DNA of 48,845 nt from an uncultured Candidatus Peribacteria bacterium (GTDB taxonomy: Bacteria > Patescibacteriota > Gracilibacteria > UBA1369 > UM-FILTER-41-14): assembly GCA_964386265.1 (NCBI GenBank), contig CAYLRB010000001.1:1-48845 (forward strand). Direction: 5' to 3'. Positions 43,827 to 48,845 of the stretch are shown piece after piece; the stretch's first letter is position 1, and each line of letters opens with the position of its first letter. Under the pieces are notes generated by a model. It did not search any database, was not told the origin of the DNA, and was given only the letters and a program-made list of their open reading frames with translations. The translations under genes and the position numbers were made by a program.

Positions 43827-45203
43827 TCATGAATAATTTCCGTGGGCAATAACATCGCGTAATAGCTCTGCTAAAACAGGATGACCCCATACTAGGCGCT
43901 TAACATCACGCAATGTGTAGTGATTGTCTAGCCACGCAGGTACTTGGTGGATAATTTCGGTAGCGTGGGCACCAATAACGTGGACACCAAGTATTTTACC
44001 ATTTTCGGGAGCATAATAGATCCAAGCGCGCCCTTCAGTTTCTTGTAAAATATGAGCTTTTGAATTTAAGGCAAAAGTTCCATGTACAGTTTTGTATTTG
44101 CGACCTTCAGCAATTAAAGTTCGTTCGTCGTAGCCACAGGTTGCAACTTCCGGATAAGTGAAGACAACGTCTGGCATTTGTGGATAAATTACTGGACAAT
44201 CATCAATATCACGGCCAAGAATCTTGTATGCAATATAACGAGCCTCCCGTTCTGCTCCATATGCTGAACCGCTGCGGCCAATTAAATCGCCCGCTGCATA
44301 GATATGTTTATGGTTTGTTCGATAATTTTCATCAACCAGAATTCTTCCTGATTTTTCATCAAAAGTTAAATCAGTTTCTTGTAAGTAAGCTGTATCTACC
44401 TGTACGCCAATGGCACTCAAAATATACTCTGCTTCTACAGTTTTACCATTGTCTAGGCTAATTTCTAACAATTTACCAGTTTGATTAATCGAATCAATTT
44501 TTGTCCCTAGCTCTAGCTTGATTCCTTGGTCTTCAAAACGCAATCCAAGCTCATGTCCCAACTTTTCATCATAGTAGCCAATTAAGTTTGGAGCCATATC
44601 AATTACAGTTACTTCAACGCCAAAAGCTCGGTAAAAAGTTGCAAATTCAGTACCAACTGGACCGCCACCAACAATCGCAATCGACTTAGGTAAGTGTTCA
44701 AGTTGAAAAATGTGATCTGAAGTTAAAAAGCGTGGGTCGTTATCGTCAAAGCCCGGAAACTTGCGAGCTCGTCCACCAGTTGCTAATACTAGGTTGGTTG
44801 CTGTAAGTTTTTGACCTTTGCTTAATTCAACCATAAAATCAGACTTCACTTTGGCTTCGCCATCATAAATATCAACACCTATTTGTTGTAATTCGTTAGT
44901 TAATGCAGTTTGTAAGCTAGTGATTACTCGTGTTCTTTGTTTAACCATTTTTTCATAGTTGACCTTAATGTGCTTTAAGTCAATTTCTATACCATATTCT
45001 GCAAAATCCCATAATGACCGATACAAGGTCGACATATAAAGCATCGTTTTTGCCGGCATACAGCCACGATTTACGCAAGTTCCGCCAATCGCTTTTCGCT
45101 CAATCAGAGCCACTTTTTGCCCATTTTTACCTAGTACGCGCGCAGCTTCAATCCCCGCAGGGCCAGCGCCAATAACAATAGAGTCGTAGTGTTTAGTGTT
45201 CAT
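43827..45203 (-). CDS. Class I pyridine nucleotide-disulfide oxidoreductase (dihydrolipoyl dehydrogenase/E3-like)
   Basis: - FAD-binding site IVIGAGPAGIEAA.
- Redox-active disulfide GGTCVNRGCMPAK.
- NAD-binding site IAIVGGGPVGTEFA.
- C-terminal dimerisation His-Glu region (WGHPVLAELL). Confidence 0.85.
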   Translation of the reverse strand: MNTKHYDSIVIGAGPAGIEAARVLGKNGQKVALIERKAIGGTCVNRGCMPAKTMLYMSTLYRSLWDFAEYGIEIDLKHIKVNYEKMVKQRTRVITSLQTALTNELQQIGVDIYDGEAKVKSDFMVELSKGQKLTATNLVLATGGRARKFPGFDDNDPRFLTSDHIFQLEHLPKSIAIVGGGPVGTEFATFYRAFGVEVTVIDMAPNLIGYYDEKLGHELGLRFEDQGIKLELGTKIDSINQTGKLLEISLDNGKTVEAEYILSAIGVQVDTAYLQETDLTFDEKSGRILVDENYRTNHKHIYAAGDLIGRSGSAYGAEREARYIAYKILGRDIDDCPVIYPQMPDVVFTYPEVATCGYDERTLIAEGRKYKTVHGTFALNSKAHILQETEGRAWIYYAPENGKILGVHVIGAHATEIIHQVPAWLDNHYTLRDVKRLVWGHPVLAELLRDVIAHGNYS

Positions 45204-45362
45204 AAATAGTGGTTATTTCAAAAAGCATAATAGAGCAGGCTTAACCACAAGACAATTGTTAAAAGCCTGCAAGTTGTAAATTGTGTTGTTAAAAAACGCA
45301 CACAAGTAATTATCAAACCCTAGAAAAAATTTTCTAGTAAAATTTCTGCGTTTCAAAAAGAG

Positions 45363-45464
45363 AAATCGCAAATTTCGCGCTAGGCGCGAATAGATACAAA
45401 TCGCAAATTTCGCGCTAGGCGCGAATAGACAAAAATCGCAAATTTCGCGCATGCGCGCGAATAG
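45363..45464. repeat. Three tandem 35-bp repeats, each containing a 7-bp-stem palindrome
   Basis: Units begin at 45363, 45398 and 45433 (aaatcgcaaatttcgcgctaggcgcgaataga). Copies 1 and 2 are identical over 32 nt. Copy 3 has the variant core ttcgcgcatgcgcgcgaa. The array abuts the duplicated tRNA 3' end. Confidence 0.85.
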
Positions 45465-45482
45465 TGGCGGAGAGGGAGGGAT
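45462..45482 (-). repeat. 21-nt duplicate of the tRNA-Ser 3' end (att-like direct repeat)
   Basis: tagtggcggagagggagggat at 45462-45482 is identical to 45646-45666. That stretch covers the T-stem 3' strand, acceptor 3' strand, discriminator and CCA of the downstream-facing tRNA-Ser. Confidence 0.8.
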
Positions 45483-45648
45483 CGCTTTTCTTACAGAAAA
45501 GCTACTGCGTTCGCTCGCTGGCACTTTTCAGTTAAGCTTCGCATAATTAAAAGTGCACTCGCTCACTTGTATACGAACCATAGGGTTCTCATTAGCTCCC
45601 GTCTCACGGCTAATTAATCTCCACCCCTTCAGGGTGCAGCTCAATTAG

Positions 45649-45740
45649 TGGCGGAGAGGGAGGGATTCGAACCCTCGAACCCAGTTTCCCAGGTTAACTT
45701 CTTAGCAGGAAGTCCCGTTCGGCCACTCCGGCACCTCTCC
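45649..45740 (-). tRNA. tRNA-Ser (anticodon GCU), class II with long variable arm, CCA encoded
   Basis: I folded the reverse complement by hand:
- Acceptor stem GGAGAGG/CCTCTCC.
- D-arm CCG-GAGTGGCCGAA-CGG.
- Anticodon stem ACTTC/GAAGT with loop CTGCTAA.
- Variable arm AACCTGG-GAAA-CTGGGTT.
- T-arm GAGGG-TTCGAAT-CCCTC.
- Discriminator G and terminal CCA. Confidence 0.95.
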
Positions 45741-45808
45741 ATCAGTTTCTGTCGATAAACAAAAGTTTACCACAGCATGCGAACTTTAGCCAATTCTTGT
45801 TTCCCTGT

Positions 45809-46639
45809 CTAGTCCAATACAAAGCCTGACTGTAAAGTTTTACGAATTTGGCTGGCTTTAGTAGGTTTATTACTAATCTTAATTCTTACGGGTTTTTTTT
45901 GAGAAACAATGGTATCTAAATCGATTAAGCTAGTTGAATCAACGAATTTTGTCGTTAAGTACCATTCTTCTAGCTTATTTGCTGTTTTATGGTCTAGCCA
46001 GACTTCGATTAGGAAGTTGCCAATTATGTTTAGATGGTAGTTGTTTTCTTTAAAAAGCGGATTTTCTAGCATGTTGTATTGAGAATTGATTGCTTCAAAT
46101 GTTTTTGTAAGATAACTGTCACCAGGTGTTTGGCCAGATACTGTCATGAAATATCTTCTATTAAAGCTCTTTAGAAAATCAACTAAATTAGCCTCCTCGT
46201 GTCTACGAACAAGCCAAAACCAGCTATGTGGGTTGTAACAAAAAAGATCATCGGTTTCTTTGGTAGCAGCTATTAAAGTATAAAGTGCGTGGTTCCAAAA
46301 GGAGTCAGCATTCTTTGGGTTATTAAATTTGTATATGAGTGATTCATTTTGTCTTAGGTTTGCTAAATGACCTGCTGCTTGAGGTGTTAAATATTGGCGA
46401 TTTGCCAGTTCGCTGAACAGGCAAAGTTGCGTTAGCCACTGTAAATTGAGAGATGCCTTATGGTCATGCACTAGTAGGACTTCGCTATTTTGCAAAGATT
46501 TAATTGCTTTATATACACCTTGTTTGGAAGTACCTTTTCTTTTTTGTTTAAGGTCTTCAACAAGTTCTGTTAACAGGCGCGGCCCCTCTTTTAATTCCTG
46601 AATAATTTGAGTTTGTAGAGATTGCTGAGCAAACAACAT
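45809..46639 (-). CDS. Hypothetical protein with N-terminal winged-helix-like segment
   Basis: 276-aa ORF. The N-terminus IIQELKEGPRLLTELVEDLKQKRKGTSKQGVYKAIKSLQNSEVLLV resembles MarR/ArsR-type wHTH. The remainder is unrecognised. Confidence 0.6.
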   Translation of the reverse strand: MLFAQQSLQTQIIQELKEGPRLLTELVEDLKQKRKGTSKQGVYKAIKSLQNSEVLLVHDHKASLNLQWLTQLCLFSELANRQYLTPQAAGHLANLRQNESLIYKFNNPKNADSFWNHALYTLIAATKETDDLFCYNPHSWFWLVRRHEEANLVDFLKSFNRRYFMTVSGQTPGDSYLTKTFEAINSQYNMLENPLFKENNYHLNIIGNFLIEVWLDHKTANKLEEWYLTTKFVDSTSLIDLDTIVSQKKPVRIKISNKPTKASQIRKTLQSGFVLD

Positions 46640-46776
46640 TTTTCAAGGATGATATGTGAGTATTATACACTGAAAAAGTAAATAAAGTGTTTACTTTTTG
46701 GTGACATACGGTGGTTTTATTGTAAAATAGAAGAAACTCTGTAAAAGAAATTATAAACAGTTAAAAATTCTGTCTT

Positions 46777-47022
46777 ATGATTTTAAGTAAAAGAATTGCT
46801 AACGGTATAGCAAAATTGCAGGAGCTAAGTTGTGGATCAAAAGACAAAACCTATCAACTTTACATTGAAAAAGATACTAATAATGTCGTTTGTAAAAAGT
46901 GGCTTAAGTTGGAAAATAAATCGATATCAGAGCTCGAATTATTATTTAACAAACTTAACAAAAAAACGGAATTTGAAGAAATTTGGGATCAAATAATTGA
47001 CGACGGTAAAGCTATTGCATAA
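46777..47022 (+). CDS. Hypothetical small protein (81 aa)
   Basis: ORF only; no motif recognised. Divergent from the wHTH gene. Confidence 0.4.
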   Translation: MILSKRIANGIAKLQELSCGSKDKTYQLYIEKDTNNVVCKKWLKLENKSISELELLFNKLNKKTEFEEIWDQIIDDGKAIA

Positions 47023-47056
47023 TTTTTATTTTAGGGTATAATCCTGTTCTTGTTAT

Positions 47057-48211
47057 GTGTTTTTTAATTTCAGTAAATTTGAGTTGTTAATTAATATGCG
47101 GCAAAAAGAAGCACAAAATACAGCAGGACCAGTGATTGATTTGTCAACGATGGCTGGTTATCAGCTAATTGTGCCAAGAAAAAAGCATAATGAATTAAAA
47201 GACCTCAACTTTGCCAATTTGGATGACCCACGTGTGGCGGAAATAAAAACAAACTTGAGGGATCGAGTTGATGCTTTATGGCCAGATTTAAATAAATTTA
47301 AAAATTGTGAATTTGTTCCAAGCGGGACAGATGCTAATAGGCTCGCTGTTGAATTGGCAGGTGAAAATGAAGTCATTATTTGTAGTAGCTTAACACATGT
47401 TTCCATTCTTGAAGCTTTGAAAAAAAGAGTGGGTAAGAGAATAATAATTCTGCATCCAGATGAATCTCATACTGTAAGCACAGAAGTAATTGGTAATGCT
47501 CTAGTTATAAATCCGCATGCACTCGTCTGTGTAACATATGGGCCAACTTTAGGCATTGCAAATTCGGGAACAAAGACTGATATTGTTTTACCCGACACTC
47601 TGCCAGATGGCATAAAACTTCATCTAGATGCTACATATGGTGGTTTTAATATAGGCATATTAGAACCGGACAAATTTCAAGGTCTCTGCCGGCCGTTTGA
47701 TAGTGTAACCATTAAACCAGCTAAGTTCGTTGGAGCTCATGGGGTAGCTATGCTCTATCACAATTATGATGAGGGCCTTCAGCAAGCGCCGTATTACCCC
47801 GCAATTACAACTGCGGGTATATCTACTTCGGTGCCAGTTTACCCCGCCTTAAGCGCTTTGCATACTATGCAACAATTAGGTCTGGAAGGTATGCAGAACT
47901 TTGCAAAGCAAGTTTATAAAGTTAGAGATGCAATTGCTGAAGAGTTGAAAAATGTAGGTCTAAACTTGATGGCTCCATTAACGTCACCCGTCATACCTGT
48001 TAAAGCTGACTCAGAGGAGCACATGCATAAAATGGTAGAGAACGCGCGCCAAGCCGGATATATGATTTTGCCCTTGGAGTATACAAATCAAAGTTGTACA
48101 ACCCATGGTGTGCGGTTAGTTGTTGCGCCTTTACAGCACTTTTTGCAAGACCCAAATATTGCAAAAAAAATAGCTCTTGCTTTAAGTAAGGGGGAAAAGT
48201 GGGTTGTATAG
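47057..48211 (+). CDS. Fold-type I PLP-dependent enzyme, group II decarboxylase-like (MfnA/GadB-like)
   Basis: FVPSGTDANRLAVELA, LHLDATYGGF and DSVTIKPAKFVGAHGVAML align by eye with the GGTEAN, HVDAAxGGF and SxDPHK motifs of group II decarboxylases. The residue before the Lys is Ala rather than His. The ATG at 47096 (MRQKEAQ) is likelier than the GTG at 47057. Confidence 0.7.
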   Translation: MFFNFSKFELLINMRQKEAQNTAGPVIDLSTMAGYQLIVPRKKHNELKDLNFANLDDPRVAEIKTNLRDRVDALWPDLNKFKNCEFVPSGTDANRLAVELAGENEVIICSSLTHVSILEALKKRVGKRIIILHPDESHTVSTEVIGNALVINPHALVCVTYGPTLGIANSGTKTDIVLPDTLPDGIKLHLDATYGGFNIGILEPDKFQGLCRPFDSVTIKPAKFVGAHGVAMLYHNYDEGLQQAPYYPAITTAGISTSVPVYPALSALHTMQQLGLEGMQNFAKQVYKVRDAIAEELKNVGLNLMAPLTSPVIPVKADSEEHMHKMVENARQAGYMILPLEYTNQSCTTHGVRLVVAPLQHFLQDPNIAKKIALALSKGEKWVV

Positions 48212-48282
48212 TGTGCTTCTGTTGCCTAATTTAGATCAATCAATTATAACATATTAAACTAGTTAATTTAATATGGTCACTT

Positions 48283-48845
48283 ATGCGCGTCCATACTCAG
48301 GAAACTCAGCAAAATCTCACGCCTGATCTAGCGCTTGAAATTTTAATCGATGGAAATGCCCGGTTTGTAAGCAATATTAAGGAGCACCGAGATCTATTAG
48401 AACAGGTAAATAAGACATCGGAGGGGCAGTTTCCTTTTGCTGCAATTTTAAGCTGTATTGATTCTCGTACCTCCGCAGAGCTTATTTTTGACCAAGGATT
48501 AGGCGATATCTTTAGTATCCGTATTGCCGGCAATATCCTTAATGACGATATTTTAGGCAGTATGGAGTTTGCTTGCAAAATCGCAGGGTCAAAACTAATT
48601 GTGGTTCTTGGTCACACTAAATGCGGTGCTGTCTTAGGAGCATGTAGCGACATAAAAGTTGAAAACAGTAAGATTCCTGATCTGTTGAGTAAAATCAAGC
48701 CTGCTATTGAGCAGGAGACGGAAACTGCGGCTAATCGTACAGCCGAAAACAAGCAGTTTGTGACCAATGTTACGCGAAATAACATATTGCGAACAGTCGA
48801 TCAGATTCGAGCGCAAAGTAAGCTGTTATCGGAGATGGAGGCACG
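48283..48845 (+). CDS. Beta-class carbonic anhydrase (3' end beyond the window)
   Basis: My own translation from the ATG at 48283 gives MRVHTQETQQNLTPDLALEILIDGNARFVSN...FAAILSCIDSRTSAELIFDQGLGDIFSIRIAGN...VVLGHTKCGAV... It carries the zinc ligand motifs CxDSR and HxxCG. The frame stays open to the window end. It is absent from the ORF track because no stop is reached. Confidence 0.85.
   Translation, partial: MRVHTQETQQNLTPDLALEILIDGNARFVSNIKEHRDLLEQVNKTSEGQFPFAAILSCIDSRTSAELIFDQGLGDIFSIRIAGNILNDDILGSMEFACKIAGSKLIVVLGHTKCGAVLGACSDIKVENSKIPDLLSKIKPAIEQETETAANRTAENKQFVTNVTRNNILRTVDQIRAQSKLLSEMEA

Noticed and set aside
45363-45464. Considered a CRISPR array because of its regularly spaced palindromic repeats.
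   Set aside because: Only three units are present, and they are separated by 3 nt rather than by unique 25-40-nt spacers. No cas genes are in the window. It is a tandem repeat, not a CRISPR array.
45213-45524. 103-aa minus-strand ORF in the track.
   Set aside because: It runs through the 35-bp tandem repeats and the duplicated tRNA 3' end. Its translation is low-complexity (FAICIYSRLARNLRFLF...), reflecting repeat periodicity, and it has no plausible start context. Treated as spurious.
45465-45648. Considered a second tRNA, or a tmRNA, because the minus-strand sequence ends in ...CCCTCCCTCTCCGCCA.
   Set aside because: There is no T-loop (GTTCGAATC is replaced by a cttttc-tgtaa-gaaaag hairpin). 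No complementary 5' acceptor strand, tag reading frame or resume codon context is visible. It is better explained as a duplicated att-like tRNA fragment.

Overview
This 48.8 kb window is AT-rich by eye and uses the standard genetic code: TGA ends pilB and the S41 peptidase gene, each in an ATGA stop/start overlap. I support about 40 CDS, one tRNA-Ser(GCU), several hairpin terminators and two repeat families.

Gene order:
- Left end: thrS, an OmpR-like regulator with a degenerate receiver, two GT1 glycosyltransferases, an S41 C-terminal peptidase and a YmdB-type phosphoesterase.
- 7.5-12.8 kb: a compact type IV pilus cluster on the minus strand (two membrane proteins, pilB, pilC), with a divergently transcribed prepilin gene.
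- 13.1-27.6 kb: the main feature, a plus-strand operon behind its own terminators and an extended -10 promoter. It encodes a 3,489-aa secreted mosaic surface protein with C-terminal SLH anchors, then four tightly packed genes for signal-peptide-bearing, helix-rich, cysteine-terminated proteins I could not assign to any family.
- 27.6-29.4 kb: a YiiX-type permuted papain-fold amidase and a class II Fic enzyme.
- 29.5-34.1 kb: pnp, rpsO, a RelE/AbrB toxin-antitoxin pair, a very AT-rich gap, an excisionase-like HTH ORF without a canonical start, and yebC.
- 34.2-41.0 kb: an unknown protein, a 1,039-aa beta-helix protein with three SLH domains, an L,D-transpeptidase and another unknown protein.
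- 41.1-48.8 kb: pcrA, yefM/yoeB, an orphan E3-like flavoprotein, a structured non-coding region (3 x 35-bp palindromic repeats plus a duplicated tRNA-Ser 3' end), tRNA-Ser, a wHTH protein, a group II PLP decarboxylase-like enzyme and a 3'-truncated beta-carbonic anhydrase.

The envelope looks Gram-positive-type: SLH anchoring, an L,D-transpeptidase, and no secretin in the pilus cluster. A Patescibacteria/CPR-like, host-attached lifestyle is only an inference. All family calls come from reading motifs by eye; no searches were run.
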